32,000 nt of DNA, from contig NZ_CP064923.1 in assembly GCF_018336915.1 (NCBI RefSeq), forward strand, positions 1,980,001 to 2,012,000, read 5' to 3'. Origin of the DNA: Acaryochloris marina S15 (GTDB taxonomy: Bacteria > Cyanobacteriota > Cyanobacteriia > Thermosynechococcales > Thermosynechococcaceae). Positions 10,301 through 18,451 of this stretch are shown one piece after another. The notes below the pieces were generated by a model that was not told the origin of the DNA, did not search any database, and saw only the letters and a list, made by a program, of their open reading frames with translations. The stretch's first letter is position 1. Every line of letters starts with the position of its first letter. The position numbers and the translations under genes are program-made.

Positions 10301-12833
10301 CGGGAAAAACGATTATGAGATGCCCTGGAAAACCCAAGAGGCTGAGTATTTTATTGAATGCGATCAACGCATTATGACCACTGGTCAAGCAGAATTAGGG
10401 ATTATTGAGCCTATATTAATGGCTGAGGGGCAGAATGCCTGGCTCAGTACCAATAAAGCTCCTCTAAGAGATGTTCAGGGTAACGTCATGGGAATTTTAG
10501 CCATGATTGAAGATATTACCCAACTCAAAGCAGCTGAGCAAGCTTTAATCCAACAGCAGACCCAGCTCAAGGCTTTACTGAATAATATTCCGCAGATGGC
10601 ATGGCTAAAAAATGCTAATAATCGATTTATCGCTGTTAATAGGCCTTTTGCCGTAGCTTGTGGCGTACCCGTTGAAGAAATTATTGGGCAAACAGACTAT
10701 GATATTTGGCCAGAAAATATGGCTCACAGCTATCGAGAGGATGATCTTAGGGTGATGGCCTCTGGACAGCGGAAAATTGTGGAAGAACAGTTTTCTCAAC
10801 CCGACGGATCTCTCGGTTGGCTAGAAACAACGAAAACGCCTTTTCAAGATGAACAGGGGAGATTAGCCGGGACTGTTGGCATTGCAACAGATATCACGGA
10901 TCGCAAAGCCGCAGAGCAGGAACTCTATGAGTCGAAGCAATTATTGAAGTTGGTTCTGGATACTATCCCTCAATTGGTGTTTTGGAAGGATCGTCAATCT
11001 GCGTATTTGGGCTGTAATCGGAGTTTTGCCAAAATTGCGGGCTTGAAACATCCCGATGAAATTTTGGGCAAGACAGATACAGATTTGCCTTGGAAACCAG
11101 AAGAAGCGATGTTTTTTGTCGAATGTGATCAAAGGATCATGTCAACGGGAGCAGCCGAGCTCGGTATTATTGAGCCCCAATTAACTGCAGAAGGCAAGGA
11201 AACTTGGTTGGAGACTAATAAATCTCCCCTAAATGATGCAGAAGGCAATGTTATCGGCATTCTGGGGACTATTCAGGATATTACTCAGCTTAAGGAAGCT
11301 GAGCAAACCCTAAAGAACATTAATGAGGAGCTGGAAGCACGGGTTTCTGAACGAACGGCAGCCCTAGAACAAACCAATCGTGCCCTAGCTGAATCGAAAG
11401 AAATGGCGGACAGTGCCAACCAGGCCAAGAGCGAGTTTTTAGCTAATATGAGCCATGAACTTAGAACGCCCCTTAATGGCATCCTGGGCTATGCTCAAAT
11501 TCTCAATCGTTCTGACCAAGTTTCTCCCAAGGATAAGCGGGGACTTGAGGTGATTCACCAATGTGGATCGCACTTATTAACCCTCATTAACGACATCCTC
11601 GACTTATCTAAAATTGAAGCCCGCAAGTTAGAACTCGATCCTCACCCTACGGATTTGCTGACATTGCTATCCTCAGTGGTGGATATTTTCCACCTCAAGG
11701 CGACCCAGAAAGGCATTGACCTTCTGTTTCAACTGGATAACAACCTTCCCAAAGGAGTAGAGATAGACGAGAAGCGGTTTAGGCAGGTGTTGATTAATTT
11801 GGTGGGAAATGCCCTGAAGTTCACTGAACAAGGCAGTGTAACGTTTCAGGTGCTGCAGCTTGAGTCTCATGAGGGTCAAGCAACGCTCCGATTTGCAATC
11901 ATTGATACGGGGGTTGGGATTGCTACCGAACAGTTGTCTCGGCTTTTTAAGGCTTTTGAACAGGTTGGTGATTCACGAAATCATACGGAAGGAACTGGGT
12001 TGGGATTAGCGATTAGCCAACGGATTGTGCAACTCATGGGTGGAGAGATACAAGTATCAAGCCAGCTGGGAGTTGGCAGTGAATTCTCCTTTTGTGTGAC
12101 GCTTCCACTGGCTCAAGAGGGTGCAGTTGAAGTGACTGAATTGCCTTCCCAGCCAATCGTTAGCTATCTAGGAGATCGTCGTACCCTGTTAGTGATTGAT
12201 GATCGCTGGGAAAATCGAGCCGTTATTCAGAACTTGCTGGCCCAGCTTGATTTTGAAATTGTGGAAGCAACCAATGGAGAGGAGGGCCTGGAAAAACTTC
12301 AGATCTGCCAACCCGATGTGGTGATTCTAGATTTAGCCATGCCAGTGATGGATGGCTTTGAATTTCTCCAGCACCTACGCCATGATGCAGCTTTCACCCC
12401 TTTTCAACGGATTCCAGTGATAGTGTCTTCGGCCTCTGTGGGGCTAACCGATCAGCAACTGGCGGTAGACCAAGGGGGGGATACTTTCCTGACTAAACCA
12501 GTTGATGCCCAGGCATTATTCCAAGTGCTGGCTGAGCAATTACGTTTGGATTGGGTCTATGAGGATCACCCTGGGGAACTTGAGCAGCAGCAAGCCATTT
12601 CTGCTGCTCAAGTAGTGATGCCCTCATCACAAATATTGCAAACCTTGCTTGCCTTTGCCCAGATGGATAATGTCAATGATTTAAGGGAACACTTGGAGCA
12701 TTTGGTTGAAAAAGATGTTCAGTACCTCCCTTTCGCTGAACCTATGCTGAAGTTAGCGAAACAGTATCGTACGGAAGAAATAGAAACCTTACTCCAGGAA
12801 TATTTGGCCCAGGAGCAAACAGATGGAGAGTAG
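1356..12833 (+). CDS. giant multidomain sensor: Ser/Thr-kinase-like / STAND (AAA_16) NTPase / helical repeats / 2xGAF / 13xPAS / hybrid histidine kinase with receiver
   Basis: Uninterrupted 11.5-kb ORF. The ORF track starts at TTG 1335, but ATG 1356 is preceded by AAGGAG (1341-1346) at 9-nt spacing, so I prefer 1356. Motifs: [19 protein letters not shown]; Walker A GFSGIGKT; Walker [10 protein letters not shown]; H-box SHELRTPLN; N/G boxes; receiver DLAMPVMDG...KP. Confidence 0.92.
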   Translation: MEPAISQYLPQYKFLEVLYDSKQTRVYRGIRIADQLPVVIKTTAPFQPWPFAEHVAFRNQFTIGRNLQHPGIIQMLSLDSFDSTYALVMEDMQGISLADFLKSPVSLTDGLHIALQLTDVLHYLCQQRVIHKDIKPANIIIHPQSKQIKLTDFGIASLLPRETQEIQSLNVLEGTLAYLAPEQTGRMNRGVDYRTDFYCLGVTLYEVLTGQLPFQSEDLMELVYDQIARVPTPLTDINPKVPVPIANIVLKLLAKNAEDRYQSALGLKHDLELCLTQLTEGEEIEPFELGVRDVCDRILIPEKLYGREAEVKTLLDAFDRVAQGSSELLLVAGFSGIGKTAVINEVHKPITRQNGYFIKGKFDQFNRNIPFSAFVQAFQSLVGQLLGESDTALADWKAKILNILGENAQVLIDVIPELGQIIGAQPAVTELSGMAAQNRFNVLFGKFMQIFASAEHPLVIFLDDLQWADSASLNLLTLLFDASESGHLLVLGAYRDNEVCSAHPLMLTLQGLQEQEGLLHTLTLGPLAQSDVNQLVAKTLLCPPNIATPLSQLLYQKTGGNPFFTTQFLLELYDQRCIYFDGDAGHWLCHLAKVQQLALTDNVVEFLIERLKQLPEKNQKILNIAACLGDSFNLSTLGIITQQSHADLADSLWPSLQMGIVIPKNSTYKFFQGTPQEPSATVPVAYEFLHDRVQQAAYELASHEQDALLLRLEIARKLLQKHGSKDDQRQLFLIVENYNQGASILNTPEEKFLLFSLNLQAGQQALSTLAYDTASLYFSKARSLYEDYGITHEDLKFELDCASIEAEYLNSRWDQATELLETLPLSRLNEHQQLHITALTIRVWVAQQRFVEALDRGVSVLASQGIHLVSLAENDRIKAQLLTSQLEKIPAMEGNITLKMGILLEMCSSAIFTNPPLFFQIILTLVDLSRQFGYSELSAFGFANYGMLLGNMEDYGAADAAGQVSQVLLNHFNSKLLRTKVDMVHFSYVASIQTPLRNCLQPLARGYQNGLDVGDLEFSGYCANNYCTYLWMSGKPLEEILDIQKTYISWLQSKRLFFSWAYVQFWHLLSLNLSGQSSRVTEFKSEDFDESGVVAQLEEVQAGTALYAYYLAKGILFVYLDLWEKAESAFQKAANYQSSIAGYQAKLLPFYRGITAANLDGESACINPGKEFLSKLAKFAPENFHHKYQLVLAEQHRLAQNYAEAIAGYEAAIQGAKENQYLQDEALAHELAAKFYLNWGKEKVAAGFMQDAYGCYARWGAQAKTNALEQHYPDLLQPILQPTPQPINPWDSLASLARLNLSIHSSASVQSPSTSINTAFDLTALLKSSQALSESLNFDELLERLAPMMLQNSGADQLVLLLPESEGSWQIRATATPDHTHLSSVPLAEDSDLPTQLIQYVKNTQEVLVVDDLKTDLPIVDDYFQVHQPRSVVCLPIRYQGELSGLLYLQNQSTSGVFTRDRITVLNFLCSQAAIALENARLYQTLEHHVDERTQALQKNQYILENLLFSTGSVTGEAVFPTLAEQMANALQCAHVLISQIRGDTLETLAWYTNNQLQAKLTYPRAHTPCEVSIQQGNHYCPCGVQEAFPLDPDLVEMGVDSYLGVALKDRTGQVIGVICVLDYETIENIEFARMVLQVFGERAAAELERQQAQQALEQLNLELEVRVQDRTAQLAASEQRLQTLFNQAVDAVVLLGEEGFIDCNQAAIDLFGYANKTEIVALQPHQLSPERQADGQRSADKVETIMQETLQKGSSQFEWLHQRVDGETFWAEVSLTPIQYQGELIVHSIIRDISVRKAAEISLRASEAKFRNLLSNLDGAVYRSQYDIDWTLEFVSDAIADLSGYPAADFINNRHRSYASIIHPEDVALVDQLASQAVAEHQSFTMEYRIIHRDGSTRWVTEKGKGIFNETDQLQYFEGVIFDISDRKQREQEQARLNAILEATPDYIGIADPQGNTIWNNQRLTELLDLPDASELKKEQISLASFHPEWVHQIFTEEAFPTAAREGTWLGETVVIDAKGREVPVSQVIIAHQNPAGEIENFSTIMRDISDRKQMETALQLSEARAKSTFEQAAVGFLEVEVSTKQCIRVNDHFCKLIGYTRVELLGMTVAELTHPDDIPASKEMMQTLYSGEIEKFTLEKRYLRKDGTYFWAETTVFSVELQDGEAVYSVGLVQDISEKKRLELERKQAELALQISEARANAGFDQAALGIVESEMKTGKLLQVNDFYCELVGYTHRELEQMSVSELTYPEDRPESKRLIQDLYQGKIQDFSIEKRYIHKNGSIVWSLTTVTLVKLPDGKSQYCLGMIQDITEKKRLEFEREQVEANSRLLASVVESTEDAIITKDLDGTITSWNQAAIDLFGYTAAEAIGQPIVMLFPRDRLEEEIEIIARLKNKECIEHFETIRMHKVGYPIEISVTISPLTDSQGEVIGASKIIRDIRERKAKEQELILTKFALENTAIGIFWINSDGQFVNVNEAACIHLGYNQDELKNIFVWDITPEFSIRDWPSYWAEVSNKGYSRFESFHQAKDKTIFPVEVTSNYVEYKGIGYLFAQVQDISERKSAEKERILTQFASENTATSILWINQEGGLINVNRSTCAILGYTPRELKQMSIWDIDPSFPAKTWPNRWEQLSLNGYERFESLYQAKDGSTFPVEIMGNYLEYEGVGYVFAEVQDISDRKRAEKVLQFTQYSVDNAADCIFWIKPEGGFAYANHAASRMHGYTSDELMLLSVFDVNPTIPQTFWQPHWQAIKEQGSVSLESHHQTRDGQLFPVEIVANYLEFEGEEYNFVRVRDISARKAAEQELILKQNHLEALLNNIPYIAWIKDAESRFIAVNEPLAQMLALTPADIAGKTDDDLFPMEIARSYQKDDLQVLTSGIRKVLVEKIRRGDGSWRWLETTKTPFRDPQGLFAGTVGIAADITDRKIAEQELYESKQLLQLVLDTIPQKVCWKDRNSVYLGCNQAFTEMAGFTSSDELVGKNDYEMPWKTQEAEYFIECDQRIMTTGQAELGIIEPILMAEGQNAWLSTNKAPLRDVQGNVMGILAMIEDITQLKAAEQALIQQQTQLKALLNNIPQMAWLKNANNRFIAVNRPFAVACGVPVEEIIGQTDYDIWPENMAHSYREDDLRVMASGQRKIVEEQFSQPDGSLGWLETTKTPFQDEQGRLAGTVGIATDITDRKAAEQELYESKQLLKLVLDTIPQLVFWKDRQSAYLGCNRSFAKIAGLKHPDEILGKTDTDLPWKPEEAMFFVECDQRIMSTGAAELGIIEPQLTAEGKETWLETNKSPLNDAEGNVIGILGTIQDITQLKEAEQTLKNINEELEARVSERTAALEQTNRALAESKEMADSANQAKSEFLANMSHELRTPLNGILGYAQILNRSDQVSPKDKRGLEVIHQCGSHLLTLINDILDLSKIEARKLELDPHPTDLLTLLSSVVDIFHLKATQKGIDLLFQLDNNLPKGVEIDEKRFRQVLINLVGNALKFTEQGSVTFQVLQLESHEGQATLRFAIIDTGVGIATEQLSRLFKAFEQVGDSRNHTEGTGLGLAISQRIVQLMGGEIQVSSQLGVGSEFSFCVTLPLAQEGAVEVTELPSQPIVSYLGDRRTLLVIDDRWENRAVIQNLLAQLDFEIVEATNGEEGLEKLQICQPDVVILDLAMPVMDGFEFLQHLRHDAAFTPFQRIPVIVSSASVGLTDQQLAVDQGGDTFLTKPVDAQALFQVLAEQLRLDWVYEDHPGELEQQQAISAAQVVMPSSQILQTLLAFAQMDNVNDLREHLEHLVEKDVQYLPFAEPMLKLAKQYRTEEIETLLQEYLAQEQTDGE
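1389..2180 (+). other. Ser/Thr protein kinase-like domain of the giant sensor (approximate bounds)
   Basis: VVIK lysine, [11 protein letters not shown] catalytic loop, [15 protein letters not shown]. The glycine-rich loop position reads [13 protein letters not shown] and contains no glycine. Confidence 0.8.
2265..2900 (+). other. STAND/AAA_16-type P-loop NTPase module (approximate bounds)
   Basis: [15 protein letters not shown] lead-in, Walker A GFSGIGKT (2351-2374), Walker [12 protein letters not shown] (about 2730-2762), then LGAYRDNE. Confidence 0.8.
5361..6305 (+). other. two tandem GAF domains (about 5361-5806 and 5913-6305)
   Basis: GAF1: [14 protein letters not shown]...[18 protein letters not shown]...[14 protein letters not shown]2: [12 protein letters not shown]...[22 protein letters not shown]...[11 protein letters not shown]. 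Confidence 0.7.
7533..8342 (+). repeat. in-frame tandem duplication A: 2 x 405 nt (135-aa PAS unit)
   Basis: [19 protein letters not shown]... starts at 7533 and [19 protein letters not shown]... starts at 7938. The copies end at ...RKQAELA and ...REQVEAN (8342). Start and end anchors both give a 405-nt period. Confidence 0.85.
8706..9776 (+). repeat. in-frame tandem triplication B: 3 x 357 nt (119-aa PAS unit)
   Basis: Unit starts are ELILTKF at 8706, ERILTQF at 9063 and VLQFTQY at 9420, giving an exact 357-nt period. My hand alignment of units 1 and 2 gives 67/119 identical residues. Confidence 0.88.
9777..11306 (+). repeat. in-frame tandem duplication C: 2 x 765 nt (255-aa two-PAS cassette)
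   Basis: Paired anchors are LEALLNNIP at 9801 vs LKALLNNIP at 10566, and ATCACGGATCG at 10128 vs 10893. The cassette ends are QLKAAEQ (10541) and QLKEAEQ (11306). All anchors give a 765-nt offset. Confidence 0.9.
11430..12540 (+). other. histidine kinase core (HisKA + HATPase_c, about 11430-12110) and receiver domain (about 12182-12540)
   Basis: [21 protein letters not shown] (His codon 11454-11456); [10 protein letters not shown]; DTGVGI; GTGLGLAIS. Receiver: [11 protein letters not shown]...[13 protein letters not shown] (Asp codon 12330-12332)...TKP. Confidence 0.88.
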
Positions 12834-14469
12834 TGCTGAGATTATGGTGGTGGATGATACCCCCGCCAATTTAGAAGTGATTTCTGAAACCTTGTCTTCT
12901 GCAGGGTATCGGGTTGCCGCTGCCATTAGTGGGGAGCGGGCCCTCAAACGCCTCCAAACTCATCCTCCTGCCCTCATCCTTTTGGATATACAAATGCCGG
13001 TGATGGATGGATTTGAAGTCTGTCGGCAAATCAAAGCGAATGCTGCCACGGTGAACATTCCCATCATCTTTATTACAGCTCGCTCAGATACCCAGAGCAT
13101 TCTTCGCGGGTTTGATATCGGTGCCGTTGATTACATCAGCAAACCCTTTCAAGAAGCTGAACTCTTAGCCCGAGTCAAGACGCATTTACAGCTTTGCCAT
13201 GTCAGTCAGCTCTATGATGTGGAGCACGAAAAAGCAGAACAACTTCAGCAACTCAATCAGCAACTGTCCCTCACCCAATTCTCGGTGGATCATTCTGTAG
13301 ATGGCATTCTCTGGTTCAACCTGGATGCGAGTATTGCCTATGCTAATGGGGCAATCTGTGAATTGCTGGATTACTCCTTAGAGGAGCTATTGCAACTATC
13401 TAGTGCCGACTTAAAGGCCGACTGTAATGAATCTGAATGGAACGACTTTCAACAGAAAGCTAGAGAACAACAGTATTTGAGGTTTGAAGCTCAGTTACTC
13501 ACCAAGGATGGCCAAGGGCTGCCTGTGGAGATTGCTCTTAACCATCTTCAATTTTCTAATCGTGAATATTACGTGATGCATTGTCGGGATATTCGCGATC
13601 GTAAAGCAGCAGAAGCGAAACTCCATCAGCTCAATACCGAACTAGACCAGCGGGTTCAAGACCGTACTCAAGAACTCTCAAATACTCTAGAAACACTGAA
13701 GTCAGCTCAAGCTAGTCTGGTTGAAGCCGAAAAAATGGCTGCTTTAGGGGCGCTAGTGGCAGGGGTTGCCCATGAAATTAATACGCCGATTGGCAATACC
13801 ATCACGGTTGCTTCAACCCTTGCTGATGAAAGTGAAATATTTGTGGATGCTGCTGAAAACGGTCAACTTAAGCGGTCAACCCTCAGTCACTATCTCAATG
13901 TTGTCAGTCGATGCACAAAGTTAATTAATAGTAATCTGGGTCGAGCTGGCGATTTGATTCAAAGTTTTAAGCAAGTTGCGGTGGATCAATCCCATCGCGA
14001 ATTGCGGACGTTTAACCTGAAAGACTATGTGGGAGAAGTGGTGACTAGCTTACAGCCTCAAGCAAGACGGTCAGGACTCACCTTGGACTTGGCAGGGGAT
14101 GATTCTATTGTCCTCACTCATGATCCGGGGGTGTTTGCCCAAGTCATTACAAATCTAGTCACGAACTCCATCAAACATGGGTATCAGCCCGGAGAGGCTG
14201 GACAACTTCAGATTCAAATTGAACAGCAGGACCATCAAGTCCTGTTGACCTATCGTGATGATGGCTGTGGGATTCCTACTGAAAATCTTCCTAAGGTGTA
14301 TGAACCCTTTTTTACGACTGCTCGCAATCGGGGGGGCACTGGACTGGGGCTCAATATTGTCTACAATATTGTGACTCAATCTTTGAAAGGGACCATCAAG
14401 ATTGATAGCCAGATCGGACAAGGGACAACGTTTAGGATTGTGCTTCCATTGACTAACTCCTCTGGTTAG
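12823..14469 (+). CDS. hybrid sensor: N-terminal receiver / PAS / histidine kinase
   Basis: 548 aa. AGGAG (12811-12815) lies 7 nt before ATG 12823, and the ATG overlaps the upstream stop (12831-12833) by 11 nt. Receiver: VVDDTP...LILLDIQMPVMDG (Asp55, 12985-12987)...SKP. PAS: about 13264-13620. H-box: GVAHEINTPIGN (His 13771-13773). HATPase: NLVTNSIKHG, DDGCGI, GTGLGL. Confidence 0.92.
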   Translation: MESSAEIMVVDDTPANLEVISETLSSAGYRVAAAISGERALKRLQTHPPALILLDIQMPVMDGFEVCRQIKANAATVNIPIIFITARSDTQSILRGFDIGAVDYISKPFQEAELLARVKTHLQLCHVSQLYDVEHEKAEQLQQLNQQLSLTQFSVDHSVDGILWFNLDASIAYANGAICELLDYSLEELLQLSSADLKADCNESEWNDFQQKAREQQYLRFEAQLLTKDGQGLPVEIALNHLQFSNREYYVMHCRDIRDRKAAEAKLHQLNTELDQRVQDRTQELSNTLETLKSAQASLVEAEKMAALGALVAGVAHEINTPIGNTITVASTLADESEIFVDAAENGQLKRSTLSHYLNVVSRCTKLINSNLGRAGDLIQSFKQVAVDQSHRELRTFNLKDYVGEVVTSLQPQARRSGLTLDLAGDDSIVLTHDPGVFAQVITNLVTNSIKHGYQPGEAGQLQIQIEQQDHQVLLTYRDDGCGIPTENLPKVYEPFFTTARNRGGTGLGLNIVYNIVTQSLKGTIKIDSQIGQGTTFRIVLPLTNSSG

Positions 14470-14593
14470 AGGGTCTAATTGGGAAAAAAGCTTTTGTCAG
14501 TGCAGCCCAATATCGATATTTGTAAAGGTTGCAGCGATCAAACGTTACCGTTCGATTTAGAATTTACTGAATCAGTCTTCATAAAGGGCAGCT

Positions 14594-16303
14594 ATGGCAT
14601 ATCGAATGGACCGCCGCGCCTATGCGGAAACCTATGGCCCCACGGTGGGTGATCGCATTCGTCTGGCTGATACTGAGCTGATTATTGAAGTGGAGCAAGA
14701 CCACACTACCTACGGTGATGAGGTCAAGTTCGGTGGGGGTAAGGTGATTCGAGACGGTATGGGCCAATCCCCCATTACCAATGCCGATGGTGCGGTGGAT
14801 ACGGTGATTACCAATGCTCTAATTCTGGACTGGTGGGGCATTGTTAAAGCTGATATTGGCATTAAAGAAGGCAGGATTGCTGCCATTGGTAAGGCAGGCA
14901 ATCCCTATATTCAAGATGATATTGATATTGTGATCGGCCCAGGCACGGAAGCGATTGCCGGGGAGGGCATGATTCTGACGGCAGGAGGGATTGACTCCCA
15001 TATCCACTTTATTTGTCCTCAGCAAATTGAAGTTGCGATCGCATCCGGTATCACCACCATGCTCGGAGGTGGAACAGGCCCTGCAGCAGGCACCAACGCC
15101 ACCACCTGCACCCCTGGCCCCTGGAATATTCACCGCATGTTGCAAGCCGCCGATGCTTTTCCCATGAATCTGGGGTTTATGGGGAAAGGCAATTCTAGTC
15201 AGCCTGCATCGTTAGTGGAACAGGTCAAAGCCGGAGCCATGGGCCTGAAGCTCCATGAAGACTGGGGAACGACCCCTGCTGCTATTGATACTTGTTTGAA
15301 TGTGGCCGATCAGTTTGATGTTCAAGTGGCCATTCATACGGACACGCTCAATGAAGCGGGGTTTGTAGAAAACACCATTACAGCCTTCAAAAACCGGGTC
15401 ATTCACACTTATCACACGGAAGGCGCTGGTGGAGGTCATGCTCCTGACATTATCAAGGTTTGTGGAGAAGCCAATGTCCTTCCCTCTTCCACTAATCCGA
15501 CCCGTCCCTACACCGTCAATACCCTGGATGAGCACTTAGATATGCTCATGGTCTGCCATCACCTTGATGCGGGTATTCCTGAAGATGTGGCCTTTGCTGA
15601 ATCCAGAATTCGTCGGGAAACCATCGCCGCTGAAGATATTCTCCATGACTTGGGGGCGTTCAGTATGATTGCTTCTGATTCCCAAGCTATGGGCCGGGTG
15701 GGTGAGGTGATTATTCGCACCTGGCAGACGGGCCACAAAATGAAAGTGCAGCGGGGACCACTCTCGGAAGATTCAGACCGTAACGACAATCACCGAGCTA
15801 AGCGTTACGTCGCCAAGTACACGATTAATCCTGCCATCACCCATGGCATTGCCGACCATGTCGGTTCGGTGGAAGTGGGTAAACTGGCCGATCTCTGTCT
15901 TTGGAAGCCTGCTATGTTTGGCGTTAAACCCGAAATGGTAATTAAAGGCGGCTTTATTGCTTGGTCCCAGATGGGAGATGCCAATGCCAGTATTCCCACA
16001 CCGCAGCCTGTGCATATGCGACCGATGTTTGGTGGATTTGGGGGTGCTATTGCTGCCACGTCTCTCACCTTTGTCTCTCAAGCTGCTCAAGAGGAAGGGG
16101 TTCCTGACCAGATTGGCTTGCAGAAAAACGTTGTTGCCATCTCTAATACGCGCAATCTCAGTAAGTCGGACATGAAGCTGAATGATGCACTTCCTAAAAT
16201 TGATGTAGATTCAGAAACTTATGAGGTGAGGGCCGATGGAGAGCTTCTGACCTGTGAGCCTGCTACGGTGTTGCCAATGGCACAACGGTACTTTTTGTTT
16301 TAA
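14594..16303 (+). CDS. ureC: urease subunit alpha
   Basis: 569 aa. [29 protein letters not shown]..., [68 protein letters not shown]. This is the full canonical UreC. The many minus-strand ORFs inside it are shadows. Confidence 0.97.
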   Translation: MAYRMDRRAYAETYGPTVGDRIRLADTELIIEVEQDHTTYGDEVKFGGGKVIRDGMGQSPITNADGAVDTVITNALILDWWGIVKADIGIKEGRIAAIGKAGNPYIQDDIDIVIGPGTEAIAGEGMILTAGGIDSHIHFICPQQIEVAIASGITTMLGGGTGPAAGTNATTCTPGPWNIHRMLQAADAFPMNLGFMGKGNSSQPASLVEQVKAGAMGLKLHEDWGTTPAAIDTCLNVADQFDVQVAIHTDTLNEAGFVENTITAFKNRVIHTYHTEGAGGGHAPDIIKVCGEANVLPSSTNPTRPYTVNTLDEHLDMLMVCHHLDAGIPEDVAFAESRIRRETIAAEDILHDLGAFSMIASDSQAMGRVGEVIIRTWQTGHKMKVQRGPLSEDSDRNDNHRAKRYVAKYTINPAITHGIADHVGSVEVGKLADLCLWKPAMFGVKPEMVIKGGFIAWSQMGDANASIPTPQPVHMRPMFGGFGGAIAATSLTFVSQAAQEEGVPDQIGLQKNVVAISNTRNLSKSDMKLNDALPKIDVDSETYEVRADGELLTCEPATVLPMAQRYFLF

Positions 16304-16495
16304 ATCAGGATTAGAGTGGAGTTTTCAAGAGTGAAGCTTTACCTTTTGTTGAGAGTGATTTTTGTTGTTGTGTTGAACCTCGAAACGATAAAGATTTGAC
16401 GCCCCAAACCCAATTTTATTTTTAGCTTGCTGTTGCTTTGAAGATATTTATTTTCCTGCTTTTAGTTAATTCTTATTAGTATTTAGACTTTTAGA

Positions 16496-16984
16496 ATGAT
16501 CAGCATGGCTAAGCGAAAAGATTTTCGATTAGATATAGAACAAGCTGTGAATCGTTTAAATATTTCTGTTGAAGATTTTAAAGCGGTTGGCATATATGAG
16601 TGTGAGGATATTTTCATCAATATTCTCAATAAATTTACTGTACTGGGAAAGCAAGGGATTTATGAGAAATGGCTGTGGAATTCCTTTAAGGGAGAATGCT
16701 TTAGCATACACCCAGAATATGTACCTAAAATTTTGAGAGAACTGATCTCTCAAGATGAGTGGGTCTGGTTCATGGCTGAAGACTGGCATAGGACAAAGCG
16801 TAAAGGAAATTATTGGCTGTACGATGGAAAGATTAATATAATTGTCGATCTTCTAGAGGAAATGTATTGTTTTGAATATTACATCGTCTCAAAAAAATAT
16901 GAGTGGATTTTGTGTGAGAATCGCTATGGTAGCTTGATCGGAGTAGGACAGATTATGAGTAACAAAATTAAAAATTTAAAGTAG
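16496..16984 (+). CDS. hypothetical protein (AT-rich orphan ORF)
   Basis: 162-aa ORF; ATG 16505 is an alternative start. It is W/Y/E/K-rich with no TM segment and no catalytic motif that I recognise. The DNA is visibly AT-rich: one 60-nt line I counted had 19 G+C, versus the GC-rich ureC next door. Confidence 0.5.
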   Translation: MISMAKRKDFRLDIEQAVNRLNISVEDFKAVGIYECEDIFINILNKFTVLGKQGIYEKWLWNSFKGECFSIHPEYVPKILRELISQDEWVWFMAEDWHRTKRKGNYWLYDGKINIIVDLLEEMYCFEYYIVSKKYEWILCENRYGSLIGVGQIMSNKIKNLK

Positions 16985-17274
16985 TCGTGAAAAGGTATTT
17001 ATTTAGCAACTATTGAGTGTGGTAGCTTTAGAGAAAATGCTAGATGATCAACCTTTGCTGCAAATTTATTGGTACAGAATTCTTATTTGAAATTCGGGCT
17101 GAGTACTTGATGCGAGTGTGATGTCAAACGTCTACCCAATTTAATGTGATAGATATACCAGAGAGAGCCTCTACTGATGGGATAACTTGTCCCATGGGCA
17201 TTATTGAGATGGGTCTTGTTGTTTGTCTGAGGATCGCAGATAAGACCTATCAAAACGCTCTAAAACTTATTTTT

Positions 17275-17622
17275 ATGACTTACCAACGCTCATCATCCCG
17301 TGGTGCAATCATCATCACGACTCTTGAAGGAGTTCCAGGTCGAGACATCACTAAGCATTTTGGACTCGTTCAAGGTAGCACCATTCGTGCCAAGCATCTT
17401 GGTCGAGATATTGCTGCTGGCTTCAAAAACCTTGTCGGCGGCGAATTGCACGGATATACCGAATTGCTGCAAGAAGCCCGCCAAGAAGCCACGGATCGGA
17501 TGTTGCAGCAGGCGGCCCAAATGGGAGCAAATGCAGTCGTGAACGTTCGTTATTCCACCTCCTCAGTTGCTCAAGGTGCAGCTGAACTGTTTGCCTATGG
17601 CACTGCCGTCAGAGTGGACTAA
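17275..17622 (+). CDS. YbjQ/UPF0145 family protein (soluble)
   Basis: GAIIITTLEGVPGRDITKHFGLVQGSTIRAKHLGRDIAAGFKNLVGGEL.GYTELL.EAR.EA..RM...A..MGANAVVNVRY...AYGTAV aligns along its length with E. coli YbjQ as I remember it. I prefer ATG 17275 (115 aa) over the GTG 17146 extension, which adds 43 non-homologous residues. Confidence 0.85.
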   Translation: MTYQRSSSRGAIIITTLEGVPGRDITKHFGLVQGSTIRAKHLGRDIAAGFKNLVGGELHGYTELLQEARQEATDRMLQQAAQMGANAVVNVRYSTSSVAQGAAELFAYGTAVRVD

Positions 17623-17624
17623 CC

Positions 17625-18068
17625 ATGTTTGAACTATTTATCCTACTTGGCTTGTTGCTTCTAGGCTATGTCGCAGGATCTATTATTGAGCAAAATCATT
17701 ATGCGAATATCAAGGTGCGCGAGCGTCGAACCCAACGCGTGCCTATTTACAACATCGGAGCGAAGCAGCCATTACCCGATGCCAAGGGAGCGAAGTTGTT
17801 TGTTGGGAGTGTTGTTATCTCATCGGATTACTACAAATCCTTTCTAGCTCAGTTCAGCAAATTGCTGGGTGGGCAAATTTTTGCTTATGACAGCTTGCTG
17901 GATCGAGGACGGCGTGAAGCTTTACTGCGAATGAAAGAAGATGCAATTCGCTGGGGAGCTAAAAAAGTGGTTAATGTTCGGATCGAAACTGCGACGATTG
18001 GTAATAGCCATGGAGATGTGGGTATTCTATCGATTGAGGTTTTTGCCTACGGGACTGGGTTGAGATAA
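17625..18068 (+). CDS. membrane-anchored YbjQ/UPF0145 paralogue
   Basis: N-terminal TM helix MFELFILLGLLLLGYVAGSII, then a YbjQ-like core (LFVGSVVISSDYYKSFLAQFSKLLGGQIFAYDSLLDRGRREALLRMKEDAIRWGAKKVVNVRIE...VFAYGTG). The ATG lies 2 nt after the upstream TAA (17620-17622). Confidence 0.8.
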   Translation: MFELFILLGLLLLGYVAGSIIEQNHYANIKVRERRTQRVPIYNIGAKQPLPDAKGAKLFVGSVVISSDYYKSFLAQFSKLLGGQIFAYDSLLDRGRREALLRMKEDAIRWGAKKVVNVRIETATIGNSHGDVGILSIEVFAYGTGLR

Positions 18069-18451
18069 AACCGTGGGGGGATAATGTGTTGCCAAGTGAT
18101 GTTCTCTTGAATGACCTGATCTCTGGTGATTCAAAGAGATACATAATGACCCTACTTCATGAGAAATATCAGATAAAAGATTCAAATGTGTTTCACTACG
18201 TTTGGGTGAAACATAGACATATCTAAAGTCTAAAGATGCTCTATGGGGCTCCAATCTGATTTGGGGATTGGTGTTTAAGGACCAGCTCCATATTGCTAGA
18301 AATATTGCCAACGAATCGTTTTCGTCTGCTTGGAACTGTCCAAAAGGCTTGAAACTCTCCCATAGCTGGGTATCTTAGACCTATGCCCGCAAGCATGATG
18401 GCAGTGTGTTTGCCTACAGAATCGCGTCAGAAATTTGGAGAGAAATAGCTA

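Larger units (their letters stand above)
6399..11306 (+). other. array of 13 PAS/PAC modules
   Basis: There are 13 successive modules, each ending in a DI(S/T/R)xxK(x)AE-type junction: DISVRK, DISDRK x3, DISEKK, DITEKK, DIRERK, DISERK, DISARK, DITDRK x2, DITQLK x2. I counted these by reading the translation. Confidence 0.8.

Noticed and set aside
12541-12830. HPt domain at the C-terminus of the hybrid kinase.
   Set aside because: No HxxKG-type phospho-accepting histidine motif is present. I report it only as an unassigned helical tail.
14579-16175. A dense set of 60-110-aa ORFs inside ureC: mostly minus-strand (14579-16090), plus one off-frame plus-strand ORF (15957-16175).
   Set aside because: All lie inside the unambiguous ureC reading frame. 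They are rich in Arg/Gly/Ser/Pro, as expected for antisense or off-frame translation of a GC-rich gene. They have no motifs and no independent starts with SD sequences.
17146-17274. N-terminal extensions offered by the ORF track: ybjQ from GTG 17146, ldhA from 25121, pgm from GTG 26301, paiB from GTG 28685, the giant gene from TTG 1335.
   Set aside because: In each case an internal ATG aligns with the N-terminus of the known family. For ldhA and the giant gene that ATG is preceded by an SD-like purine tract. The extra residues have no homology.
18187-18215. Stem-loop TGTGTTTCAC / GTGAAACATA (10 bp with one G-T pair) in the 383-bp gap upstream of the VWA gene.
   Set aside because: There is no adjacent T tract and no obvious relation to a gene end or start. 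I cannot distinguish it from chance in AT-rich spacer.
18027-18311. A 94-aa minus-strand ORF in the gap between the YbjQ pair and the VWA gene.
   Set aside because: It overlaps the 3' end of the membrane YbjQ gene, has a His/Ser/Leu-rich low-complexity sequence, and has no recognisable start context. I treat 18069-18451 as non-coding.
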